A stretch of 62,493 nt of DNA, counting the filler, from Dimorphilus gyrociliatus (taxonomy: Eukaryota; Animalia; Annelida): the NCBI GenBank assembly GCA_904063045.1. It is 5 parts of 5 records of this genome, joined end to end, with 100 filler letters (N's around TTAATTAATTAA, not from the genome) between each part and the next. Parts side by side here need not be neighbours in the genome. Positions count along the whole stretch, not along the records: positions 23,618 to 35,097 come from CAJFCJ010000113.1; positions 35,198 to 52,925 come from CAJFCJ010000004.1; 3 more parts are not named here. One strand, written 5' to 3'. Below the pieces are notes generated by a model that was not told the DNA's origin, ran no database searches, and worked only from the letters and a program-made list of their open reading frames with translations. Positions 32,901 through 45,800 of the stretch are shown here, one piece after another. Positions within the stretch are counted from its first letter, which is position 1. The number at the start of each line of letters is the position of its first letter. The position numbers and the translations under genes were made by a program.

Positions 32901-35097
32901 CATCAGAGTCTAGTACAAACATTTAAGCAAAACAAATTGAATGTCAGCACAGCAAAATGGGTCATGGCTTTAATGGATTTAAAATTTACAATTAACTATG
33001 TGACAGGACGAAAAAATAGAGCAGATGCATTAACAAGATTAGAAGAATATACACCCCCAAGGAAAGTAACATTTGAAGAGCTAATTCATGGAAAGATCAA
33101 AAAGGAGAATTCTCCCTCTATTTCAGTTAAAATGGAACAGTATGAACATACACCAGATTAACTTTTGTAGCTACCAGTGATAACAGTGAAGAGAAAATTG
33201 ATTTGTCTTCTGTTGACTTACAGTCAGAGCAAGAAAAAGATGTGAATTTAAAATCAATTAAAGAATATTTAACATTGGATGGTCAGCTACCTATTCCTTA
33301 TTTTGGAACTTTTACACCTTTCATAATGGAGATGTTTGTTCACAAGGAAATGATCTGGATTATCCTTGAAGAAAGAAACATTCTGGTTTTACCTGACCAT
33401 TTGATGCTAACTCTGCTCCCTAAATTCCATAAAAATAAAATTCACAATCACCATGGACCCAGAATGACATTACAAATAATTACAAAGACCTTTTGGCACC
33501 CAAAATTAAAGATTATGATTGAGAATTCAATAAAGGATTGCACTTTGTGTGAACAAATGAATGGTAGGAGTAGAGTATACCCTTTGGTAGAAACCTTTCA
33601 CCCTGCATCACCAATGGAGTTGGTAGCCATGGATATAATGGGACCCTTACCCATGGTTAAGTCATACAGATTCATACTTGTGATAGTGGATCATTTCAGT
33701 AGATACACAGTTTTATATGCACTCAAACAGCAAACCAGTAAAGAAATTGCAAACCTTCTTTTCAACAGATTTTTTCCCATTTTTGGAATTCCAAAACAAA
33801 TGTTGACAGATCAAGGAAGAAACTTTGTTGGTAAAGCTTTTAAAGAGTTTATGAAGGTATTAGGTATTGAGAAAATCCAAACAACAGCTTATAGAAGCCA
33901 GAGCAATGGACTAGTTGAACGAAGAAATAGAGAAGTGAGGAAGGAAATCAATAAATTAGTGGTGGAAGAAAATCAGCATAACTGGGTTGCAAACCTACCC
34001 TTGATTCAAGCATTTTGAATCAATCACCTGTAGGAAGTACAAGACTACCACCCCAGGAACTTCTTTTTGGCACCAGCACAAGAACACTGATTGATGTAAC
34101 AATGCATACTACCTCTCCTGAAACAAATGTACTATTTGTATTCAATCACCAGCAGCAATTAGTACAGTTAAGAGCTACAGCCTTCTGTAAATCCATCATG
34201 GCAAAAGAACAATATAGGGAAAGAAAGAATAGAAATCTCAATCTTCCAAAATATTTTGAGGTTGATGATGAAGTATTCTTAAGAAATGATGCTGCAAGAA
34301 TTGCAATAACAAAAATCCCTTCTTTAAAATGGTTAGGCCCATACCGAATAACAAAAGTCAATCATCAAAAGTGGATATATGAAATACAAATGGATGATAA
34401 TACATGCAAGTTGGTACATGGTAGCAGATTAAGACTAGCCAATGAATCTAATAAGTTGGAAACAGGGAAAGAAGCAACAACAATCTTTCACCTTGTGGAG
34501 AAGGAAATAACACACCTCCAATATCTTTCTCAGGTAGAAGGAAGAAATGACTTCCAATTCCGTTTGAAGAATCAAAAAGGCCAAGAAGTCATTGCCTTGT
34601 GTGACACAGGAGCATTGAGATCCTTTATTACTGAAAAAGAAATCAAGTTAAGGATGTTACAATTATGGATAAAGAAACAATTGGCTTACCAATTATAACT
34701 TCAGCTGATGGGAAAGCTTTAAAGCAAAAAGGAAGCGTAAAGCTGAATATCCAATTTGCTGGAGAAAGTATGGAACAAGAATTTATAGTTATGGAAAATC
34801 TAGACATAGCAATAATACTTGGTTGTGATTTCCTACAAACTTGGGAGCAAACCTCAATTTTGAAGCTAAACAGTGTTCTCTCAAATTTGATAGAAGGAAA
34901 GGGAACCTGGCTGAAAGAATAAGGCAACCTCAACTAAACAAAGTCACTATAGCCATGAGGGACAGCATGACTCTTCATCAGAAATCAGATAGTGATGACT
35001 CAGAGATGGAAGTTACTAATTCTGATACTGGTTATGACACAAGCAATACTTCAAAACAGACAGTAATTACAGTCTCAATGAACCTTCAAGCTCATCT

Positions 35098-35197
35098 NNN
35101 NNNNNNNNNNNNNNNNNNNNNNNNNNNNNNNNNNNNNNNNNTTAATTAATTAANNNNNNNNNNNNNNNNNNNNNNNNNNNNNNNNNNNNNNNNNNNN
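35098..35197. other. Artificial gap/linker
   Basis: N44-TTAATTAATTAA-N44. Confidence 0.97.
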
Positions 35198-38100
35198 TTT
35201 GATTGTTATAGTCAAAAGTTTTTGCAGGGCTGCTGTCTTCACACAATGGATTAGCAGCTGTTGAAGATGGCAGAGTGATTTGTGATGTTGTGGTCACTGA
35301 AATGTAATTTATCATAAAGAAATGCATTTAATTACTGAAAATGTGTAAATGCTTGGTTTACTGAGTTCATTGAAGCACATTTCAGAAGAAAACTCAAATA
35401 GATCTACATCATTATTTATTCCAGGTCTTTTTGTGAAATATATATTTATATGATTTATTTCAACACCATGTCCTATTTCATCAAAACTTCCTTCAACTCC
35501 AAAAACCTCAATCTAAATTTTAATTTGGTTTTTTAATAGCTCCTTCTAAAAATTACCTATACCTACATTATGGCTTCTAACAATTGAATTATTGTTTGTA
35601 TAAAGTTCAATTTGATAATAAGCAACATTTCTAAATTTTACTCTCAGTCTCTTTACCATATAAGACCCATCTCTATCTTTTGGTGTTATAGTTAGTTGCA
35701 CTTGATAACCCTCTTCTGTATAACTTTTATTTGACCCTTTCAATACTGAAGACAAATCTCTTTTTGGGTAACTGGAACTTTGAAGTACCATCTTTTGTTG
35801 ATTATAGTAATCAAAAACTATATTGGTGCCACCCTGACACTCTATTGTAAATTATTTAGAATTGGTTATTAGTACGTATGAGTGAAATAGTTTACAGTAC
35901 AACCTGTTGATGCTGTGGTTTCTTGTACCATTGTAGTTGCTACAAAAAACTGATAATTAATATTTATTTTTTGCATTTACTTAATGTCTATTACCACTTA
36001 GAGTGGAAGCTGTTGATGATACTGTTAAAACATTGTTATATAATCAACAATAGTTTCTAAATTTTCTTTTTACTGTACTCACAAATTTCTGAACAGAGTA
36101 TTAAATTAAGATCCTTTATTTCTAGTGGTGAACTTTCTTCTACCTCAAAATATAATTCAATTTTATCATATTTATAACCAGGGTGATCAAAATTTTTATA
36201 GAATCTTGTAAATTCTGAACTAATTTCAGGAATCTAAAAGTTCACATAATATATTTTTTATTAGATTGTCTATTTAATCTTGTATTATGATTACCACAGG
36301 ATCTGTTTCTTCAACTTTTTCATCAGGGCAATAAAATTTTACTTTGACACTTTTCACATTCTTAACTGCAAATTCAATTCTAAGTAGTATATTGAAGGTT
36401 GGTTCCTTTGGTGTGATAGTAAATGTATGTTTTTTCAAATTCATTAAATCTACCCATGTTGCTCCTGATCCTAACAAACCACTTTCAACATCATGCTTTC
36501 CCTCTGGGTCTCTTATAATATTCATAATTTTATTATTGTAATTGTAGCTAACAGGATTTTCTCCTGATTGACAGAGAGGAGAGAATGTTGTAGCATTGAA
36601 AGTTGAGGTGTGTGTTGGCGCTGGGGTTGTAGTTATTACTTCTGTAACATTGGGCAGACTAGTTGTCCAACAATCTTTTTCATCACTTCCATCTCCACAA
36701 TCACTATGCAAATCGCATCTAGCAATGGAAGGTATGCATTCTCCATTATCACACAGAAAATGCTTATCACCCTTGCATTGATTAGTACAGTTGACTTCGT
36801 CAGATTTGTCACCTAAACCACAATCTGGATATCCATCACATCTAAAAGTTTCATCAATACACCTGCCATTTGCACACTGAAATTCTGTCTTTTCACATTT
36901 TGGGGGTTCTGCAAAGCATAGTTTATTAAAATACCACTTAAGTTAACATCATGGAAAGAGGAAATCTTACTGCATCCAGTTTCATCACTATTGTCTAAGC
37001 AATCGTTTTTTCCATCACATATGTAATTCATGGAAATGCATTTTTTACCCATGAAACATGAAAATTCCGTAGGAAGACATTTTTTTTTACCTATATATAA
37101 AATATGTAAAAATGAACAATTTGAGCATTCGGAATTTGTTAAAACACTTACAATTCGACTCATCACTGAGATCTGGACAATCATACATACCATCACAAAC
37201 AAAATCTTTTAAAATGCACTTCTCTGCTGTTTTGCATTTTTGCTCATTTGCTTTGCAAGTGATATTACACATATCTCCAACACAATTAAATAGCCCATTT
37301 ATACAAGTACAGTTTTGGCAGTTTTTTCTTAAGAGAGATCCCTTTGGATAAGCTGTTTCCTTATAGTAACATGAGCAATCTGCAGCAGGTATGCATTTTG
37401 CATTATGAAGTATATAACCTTCCTTACAGTAACATCCCTCTACACATGGACCATGATCACAATATTTATCCTTTTCATCACCTATATTTTTACATGTTTG
37501 CGGACAAGATGGACCACATTCTCGATATTCTGAATTTCCAGTACACATAATAGGACATAAATGTTGGCTTCTCCATTTGGAAGGGATTGCTCTTCTATTA
37601 CACTCATCAGCAAAGTTGGCTATTGATGCACAAACACATTCATAGTCTCCTCCTGTATTGCATCCACAAGCATCCCAGAGGCAATCCTTATAGAAAAGTT
37701 CATAATTTGGAACAGATTGGCGACATTTTGCAAAGACAGGTCCTTCCTTTATCACTCTACATATGCTCTTGGCCCATTCAAATCTCTCGGGATGCAATTT
37801 ACAGGGATGAGCTTCTGGAGGTGATCCACTACAGGTTCCGCTAACCTCCCATGTGCTTCCAAACTCAAATGAATTTTGACTTTCACCAAAATCATTTTCT
37901 GAATCATCATCATAATTTCCACATAAACCTTTGACTTGGCCTTTGTACATTTGATTCATGTATATGTAAACTCTAGTATGCTTATCCCACAGTATTGTCA
38001 CTTTCAACTTTGAAAAATAAATACTTGTAAATGATCCAATCTCACCAATTTTTAAATTGTCAAAAGCAATTGGATTTGTAACATCAACTGTTACATTATT

Positions 38101-41100
38101 AATATATACATCAGCACCATGTATCAAATGAATTATCATTCTTCCTGTAATAACTTTAATGCTTTTAGTGCATGTAGCCCCTGTAGTCCCACAAGGTACA
38201 TTTTCCCCAATAATTGATATTTCTTTATGCTGTACAAGATAATAAGTGCAAGGACCCTGGAAACTGTACCATTTACCATCAAAAGTTAAATAGTGAGGAT
38301 CACCGCTGGCTTTGCATATACCTTGACAATCTTCATCATCAGTTGCTGTTTTTTTCCATAATCCACCAATGCATGCATAATAACTACAGCCATCATGTAG
38401 GATATCAGTTTTGTTGTATAACTGCCCATTATGAAGACAGGGACAAGTTTCTGGTTTAACACAACTTTTATCGGGGCTGAGAAGAAGACCATCTGGACAT
38501 GCGCAACCTGTATAATATTCAAGATCACCACATTGGTCTTTAAAGGAGTAATCAGAGCAAGAAACACCACATGTTACAGCATTTTCCTTCCAGATTTGAT
38601 TTTTTTCACAATTTTTAAAAGAGCAATCTGCCTCCTTACACTCCCAAGAGCCATTTACACAGATACAATCCTTACAGTGCTTTTTAATAACTGTACCAGA
38701 TTTCTTATAAGGGGATGATTTGTCACTCTCATCATAGCATGTACACTTTTCTATGCTGACACATCTATTTTCAGCATCCATCCTCTGCCCACTTGGACAT
38801 GAACATCCTGCATAGCAACGTTCTTCATTATGTGCCAAAGGATTTTTGCCATCTCGGCAATTTACAGCTGATGAAGAACATTCCCTGTATAATTTATCAT
38901 TTGAGCATTTATAAGAAGAGTCTGAGCATTTTGTGGCTAGAAGATCATTTCGTTTCCATTCTATTTTTATTCCTTTTTCTAAGCATTTTTTTGCCATTGC
39001 AGTTACCACAACACACAATGATTTGTAACCAAAGGCTGCATCACTAGCACACAAGTCATATTCACACATCTCTTGATAGTAACTGCCATCTATATAATCC
39101 AAGCATGGTGCAAAAACATCTTTCTCATCAACTAAAATTTTACATATCTTTTGTGCTGAGTCAGCTCTCTTAAATAACAAAAAATAATAAAAAAGAATTC
39201 TTTTTCAATAACTTTACTAAAACTTACTCTTGATTGAGTAGTACAGGGATCTATAACCTCTCCTGCCTTCTTTCTCTTAAGAGATTTACAAGATAGTTGT
39301 CTATAAGATTCAGAAAATTCGATTAGATTTGAGTGTGGACCATTTGCTTTACTTTGACGATCATCTTTTGGTGAGCCATTCATATTACCACATAGCCCTT
39401 TCACTTTACCAATAAAATATGGTGAAAGGTAAATATACACTCGCCCATTGGCATCAAAATCAATTGAAAAACCAAATCCCTGAAGAACTGTAAACAGGCT
39501 TGTCACTTGTTTAACAACAAAACTCTCCATCATAATTGGATTCCTTTCCAAGTTGGACATAACTTTATTATTAAATATAAGTTTCAGTGGTCTAATTGTT
39601 TAAAATATTCATTATAATAGTTATTAAATTTTCAATTAATTTTATACCTATCTCTCTCTTTTTGTACTTTTACAGTATTATTTTGATACTCAACAATAAT
39701 AGCAGTGGTACAGAGAACAACCATATCTGTACAATCTTCAATTTCATATTTTACTTTAATATTGTGCTTGCCACTTTCACCAGTTTCAGTCTCAACTAAA
39801 GTATATTCACAATCATCTCCTCGTAAATCATAGAGATCTCCATCAAAAGTTTGGAAATGCTGATAGCCAATAACTGAACACTCTTTAGGACATGGATTTT
39901 GTTCACATATCCACCTTCCATTCTCACATTGACATTCATTGCAGTCAACTTTGACTTTATCTCCAGGATGGTAACGTTTAGCTTGAAAGTGACAAGAACA
40001 ATTTTCAGGTTTCACACACTTTTCAGATTCTGCATCAAAGTAAGTGCCATCTTCACATTGGCAACCAGGAACACATTCATTCTGACACATTTTATCTGAT
40101 GTGAAGGTGTAAAGACTTTTGCAAGTTTTCTGACATTGTGGAACACATGATTTATAAGTCATATTTGCTGGACATTTTCTTGCTGTACAGAAAAGTTTTC
40201 TTAAAATTCGAACTAAATATTTTGATATTATTTATAATTACGGCAAATATTTTGCTTCACATTGTCAATTATTACACCATGAATAGCACATTCATAAGTG
40301 TACATTTCCATATAAAAGCAGAGCATTTTTTCAACACTTATTTCTTTCTTGGATTTTTTTGATAATTTACAAAAATCATGAATGCACAAGCTTATGTAAA
40401 TACGCGCATCCACACTTTCTTGACAAACTGACATTGGAAATTTTTTGAAGCTATTGCACTTTTCTTTAGCTTCCTCCAGTATACCATCATTTTTACATTC
40501 AAATGTTGTACTTGGAGCATCAGGACACTAAAATAATTTGAATGAAAAATTTAAAGTAAAGAATTCAGAAAAAAACTTACAACTTCTCCCTAGAGATAAA
40601 AATAAAAGTTTATTGTAAAGTACATTGTATTTAACTCTTTATCTTACTTTACTAGACAAATCCCTAATTGAAAATGAATTGGCCATGGCAGCAGGATATA
40701 CAGCTATTTGACCATTTTTTTGTCTCATATCATTCAATGCGTCACCATCAAAATTACCACATATTCCCTGAATTTGCGAATTTCTTGGACTCTTGGCATC
40801 ATCTATAGAGATAAACCAGGTAGATGAGCCATCAATCAACCATTTTGCCCTTAGCTCAGCATATTCCAAGAAGATATAATCACCAATCCACTCAAACTTA
40901 ACATCTAATTTAGAAGATATTAAAAAATGCATAATGTATTAAATTTTTACTGACTTGATAATGATTGTTTCCCAGAATGAGAAATAGAAATCTGCTTCCC
41001 ATTGACAAAGATATTATGACCAGATGCCTCCACAGTGGTTCTGGTATTTAAAATAAATGTTAAATTTTGATGACAAGTTTCAAGTTCGTCACAGTCAATG

Positions 41101-41974
41101 ATTTTAGTTGTAACAGTTTTGGTTGCATCACTGTAAACTGTATACTCGCAGAAACCTTCAAAGAGATATTGTAGTCCATCAAAAGTTCTGAAAACTTTTC
41201 CTGCATAATTCATGCAAGTGTGAAATCCAATATTATATTTTTGCTTTACAATTGCTGGTTTAGTTGGATCAGAACTGGACACTATATCTCCATTACAGCT
41301 TAAACAAGCACCACCAGTGATACCCCATGTAGAACCAGAGGCCCCACAACAGCTTTCTTTATTTATTGGGTCTGTAGATGAAACTTTTCCAGAACAATCT
41401 AGTGTTGAAAAGCAGTATTTCATATTCTCTGTAATAAGGTCTTTTTGTTGATCACAAGCAATGCCACTATATCCTTGCTCACATTGGCATGTTTTAGGTG
41501 CTGTACATATACCATTAAGACATGGTGGATTGCAAAGTGGCATAGAGCAATCATCCCCTTTCCAACCTTGGCAACACTTCTCAATGGGTTCCCGATATTC
41601 TCTGTAAATATAATTTTTGGCTACTCACTCTTTAAGTAATTACAATTAAACCTGTTGTATTGACACATTCTTGTTTTATCTGGAGAGTTACTCCATTCAT
41701 TAATTTTAGATTGAGCCTCTTTAGCAGTTAAATTGCCAAGGTTACTCCCATTCTGATCTAAAATCCATCTTTTTAGAACTCGATCAAAGAAATCAGAACA
41801 AGGTGCTGTTTCTGTTTTCTTAGTAGTTTTAAAATCAGGACAAAAATGTTTCTCTCTATTTAAGTCAAACTCATTAGTAAAAATAAAAAAAAATTGAACA
41901 TCTTACCCCTTAACAATATTGAAAAGAATAATCAGAGTACAGATGATCAATTTTAAATGAAGAATATCCAACAT
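35198..41974 (-). CDS. Multi-exon secreted VWD/C8/TIL mucin / SCO-spondin-like gene B (5' part): signal peptide, EGF, 3x VWD-C8-TIL, LDLa repeats, discoidin-like domains
   Basis: Exon 1 MLDILHLKLIICTLIILFNIVKG (41907-41974) with GTAAGA donor splices in frame to exon 2; GDPHYLTFDG, GLCGNYD, CLWDACGC and CDGMYDCPDLSDE motifs. Confidence 0.88.
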
Positions 41975-42870
41975 ATTCTAACCTTAATAAGGAATCTTAT
42001 TTAAGTAATATAAATAGTCTAATAAGAGCCAGAGACGCAGAAGTCTCTAGTTCTGAAATTATTGAGGTTTACAGCTTGAAGTTTTATATTTAAAAGTGCT
42101 TTAAAAGATTTTTCCATTCAAAAGCACCTGCTATCCATGTAGTGCCGCCTTGCATATATTTTAATCATTTTTAATCTATTGTTTGCTGTTTTTGCCTTTC
42201 AAGTTTTATGACACATCTGTAATTTATGTATTTCTTTGTTGTTTATAGAGTATCTTTCATAAAAATTTTAGTTAAAAATAAACTATTATGCTCTTTATAA
42301 TATTGGAGAATTTTTAAATTTGTTCTATTTATTCTATTTACCATTTTATTGAATGATATAGTTAAGTACTTGTAATATTTACCCAAAGTGTCTTAGCTAG
42401 AAAAGAATGGATGAGAAATGTTTTCTTTTTTTTGTATTGTATTCTTGGGAAAAAGAGAACTTGTTTCTGTTCAGGCAACAAGTGTTTTGGCTGGCACATA
42501 TTTTTAAGTTATAAAATTAGAGTAGCTATTGAGAACAGGAAATTAAACAAAGCAAGTTTCTTTACATTGAGCCTATAAATATGTACAACATTAATTCATT
42601 TCATTTGAGGTTAAACTTGCCAAAACTTCACAAGCTCATTAGTAGTTCGAAGATAATTAAAATTTAATATTTTTAAAAAAGTTATTTATCCAAATAGTTT
42701 ATTTGCAAAAGTTGATTAATTAATCAACAATTTAGCATAGACCACTCAAAAACCTTATTCAGTCCTAATCAAAATCCATGTGAAATTAAATAAAATAAAA
42801 CATATAACAAAAAAATGTTTGCTTTTTATCCCAAAGAATCCCATAGTTAATTTTCAAAAGTGACCAAAAT

Positions 42871-45800
42871 TTATTTAAAAAGTGCGCCAGGAAGTTCTAA
42901 TCCTCCTGTATCATCACCAGGAAGTGGGGGTAGTTCGTTACCATTACCAGGTAGACCTAAATCTCCACCAGGAATGGTGTTGTCTCCCTCATTGTTAACA
43001 ATATTGTTTTCATTTGTATTACCTTCAGTAGTTCCTTTATCATAAATTTAATTAGTAAAACACAAAAGAAATAATTTATATTTATGCTTACCTGCACAAT
43101 TATTGCACTGACAATTGTTGAAATATATAATCTCAAACTCTCTAGGTGTACCTTGACAATCAAATGTGATTTTTTTACGCTCCCCTTCACCAGAGCAACA
43201 TTTACAGTGTTTCTCATGATAAAGCTCTTTGTTTTGATAGAAAAATGTAGGTCGGTCATTAGAATCACAGGATCCTTCACAATAACTTAGAGTTACTTCT
43301 CCAGGTGTTTTGCATTGGATATTTTCATTTTCTGGGTCATTTACTTCTAATACTTTTGTTTCTTTCTTTTGCTGACACTGTGAACCTGGGACTACAACAA
43401 GTCAATTAATAACTCAATTGACAACTGTATATTAATCTTACTTGGTTTAGGTTCGCACAAGCAACAATGTGTGGAATTAATGATCTTTGTTTCATCCTAA
43501 AGATAAAAAAAACTTAGCTAAAAGAAGCAGATATCATAATTTAGGATATTTACAGGTTTACAATAGCATTCATCTGATCTATTGTATGTCACAGCTTCAT
43601 TTGCCACGCATTTGTAATATATACATTTGTCTTCTGCATCTGGCCATTGATCTTTGATCTTTAATTAGTAAAGAGATTGTATTAATAATTTTTAATAATT
43701 TGACAACATTGCTTACCTCTCCATCTACTATACAGTTGCTGCAGTTTGAATATTTGACACATCTTCCAAGGCTATCTCTATAAAATCCATCAGCACAAAC
43801 ACATGTGTATGGGTCAACAACATATGGGCAGGTTCCATTTACTAAACCTGGAGCAGTACAAGAGAATTCGCACTTATTGGTAGTGGCTATTTCCTCATTT
43901 TCTCCACATACAACTGTTGTTGATGGTGGGGTTGGTGTGGTTGTAGTATGAGAAGTACATGTGATATCCTCATTGCAACTTTCAGTTTCTGAATGTTTTC
44001 CTTCGCAATCCTTTCCATTACATTGTGGTGCAGGATTATTGCAAGATCTTGTTCTATGTCTTATACCACCATCACAATCTTTTGTACAGGCAGTCCAATC
44101 TCCCCAGTCTCCCCATTTACCCTCAACTATAAACATTTTCAATAGTTTTTTAATTATATTGAAAAATCAAAATTTATGGAGAAACTTTAAAAACTTACTA
44201 ATTTTGTCTTCCTTTAATGTACAAACAATCTTATCATAATCACATTGGCATTCTTCACAAAGAGTGGAATTCACAATTTCTTTATCATAATAGAGTTTAC
44301 CAGTGAAATCTTTACAATTATAGCATGGAGGTTTATTACAGTCCTCATATTCTGTGTCATCTCCACTACAACCAGGCTTGTCAGGATTAATCTTACCTCT
44401 TGTTCGGTATCTCTTACCACTTCCACATGTTACACTGCATTCACTCCATTCAGACCAATCTTTCCATACACAGTGACAGTCTCTGGGAGTACATTTAAGC
44501 TGTCCTTCCTTACATTCACTAGAGCAAAAGTTATAAATTACATCATAACATATGGAGATCTAAAAAAACATTCTCACCATGTCTCACAATCATTTCCTGT
44601 GTCAACAATTTCTCCAGGCATGTAGACTTGACCATTTACTGTACATCCACATTCAGAGTGTTCCACACATTGTCCTTCATCATTCATGACAGTTCCATTA
44701 ATGCATCTACAACTTGGTGTACAGATCTCAGGTTCAACACAGGCACTGGGATTAGCTAAATCAGAACAAGTTAGCGGGCAATGAGGATAGGCTTCACAAT
44801 CATCAACCCAAACTTTTCCATTTGTGCATTCTTCACCACATTTATCTTCATTACATCCTTTCACTTCAAAATCTGAGCCTTGACATTCTTTACCTCCATT
44901 ACTTGCAGGTGGATTGTTAGGTTTCCTTTCTCTTCTACTTTCACCTCCATCACAATCAACAGTACAGTTTGACCAGGGGCTCCATAAAGACCAATTACAG
45001 TCAACAGGGCATCCATCAGTATTACACCATTCAACCTCTGTACTATTTCCATAACATTCTGCACCTTTGCCAGTTTGAGGAATCATAGATCTAGTTCTCT
45101 GTCTTGTGCCACCACCACATGTCTTTGAGCAAACAGTCCATTCTTCCCAGTTTTTCCATGAACAATCTGTTGAGCACTCTTCAACATTACAAACAATGTT
45201 AGAGTTTTCATCGCAAGAACTGGATTGTGATAAAAAAAATGTTAAACAAAAAAAATTCCATCAACTCAACACTCACCAGTTACTACACTTCACATGAACT
45301 ACAACACCTGATGCAATTGTGTCTCCAACATAAACTTTTTCACTCTCTAAAGACAAACCTGAAAGACAAAACAATGGAAAAAATTTCACACAAAAAATAC
45401 TAGCAAACCAGTAATATCGTCTTTTTCAATCCATCCAATAGCAATACCATCAACAGGGCTGATTTTTAACTGCTCTATCACATCTTGCGAAGTGAACACA
45501 CAAACTCCTGAAAATTAAAAAAAACAAAAAAATCAGTCGGCACCCAAAAATTCCAAATCTTATTAACAAACATTCTACCTGTTGTTGTTCCTGTAGTAGT
45601 ACCAGTAGTAGTACCAGTGGTAGTACCAGTAGTGGTTCCTGTGGTTGTTCCAGTTGTTGTTCCAGTAGTAGTACCAGTAGTAGTTCCTGTGGTTGTTCCA
45701 GTAGTAGTACCAGTAGTAGTTCCTGTTGTTGTTCCAGTAGTTGTACCAGTAGTGGTTCCTGTTGTTGTGCCTGTTGTTGTTCCAGTGGTAGTACCAGTGG

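Larger units (their letters stand above)
29311..35097 (+). mobile_element. Ty3/Gypsy copy B (LTR-gag-pol-IN-PR2-acidic spacer; cut by gap; many 1-bp indels)
   Basis: Near-identical to copy A reverse complement; Gag-PR translation identical up to the first indel (~31525). Confidence 0.97.

Noticed and set aside
1-35097. Copies A and B as inverted arms of one composite element enclosing the PLE and immune genes
   Set aside because: They are separated by an artificial linker, each has its own LTR junction, and they diverge outward
31520-35097. About ten frameshifts in copy B as evidence of old decay
   Set aside because: Almost no substitutions accompany them, and they cluster in homopolymers toward the contig end; error is more likely
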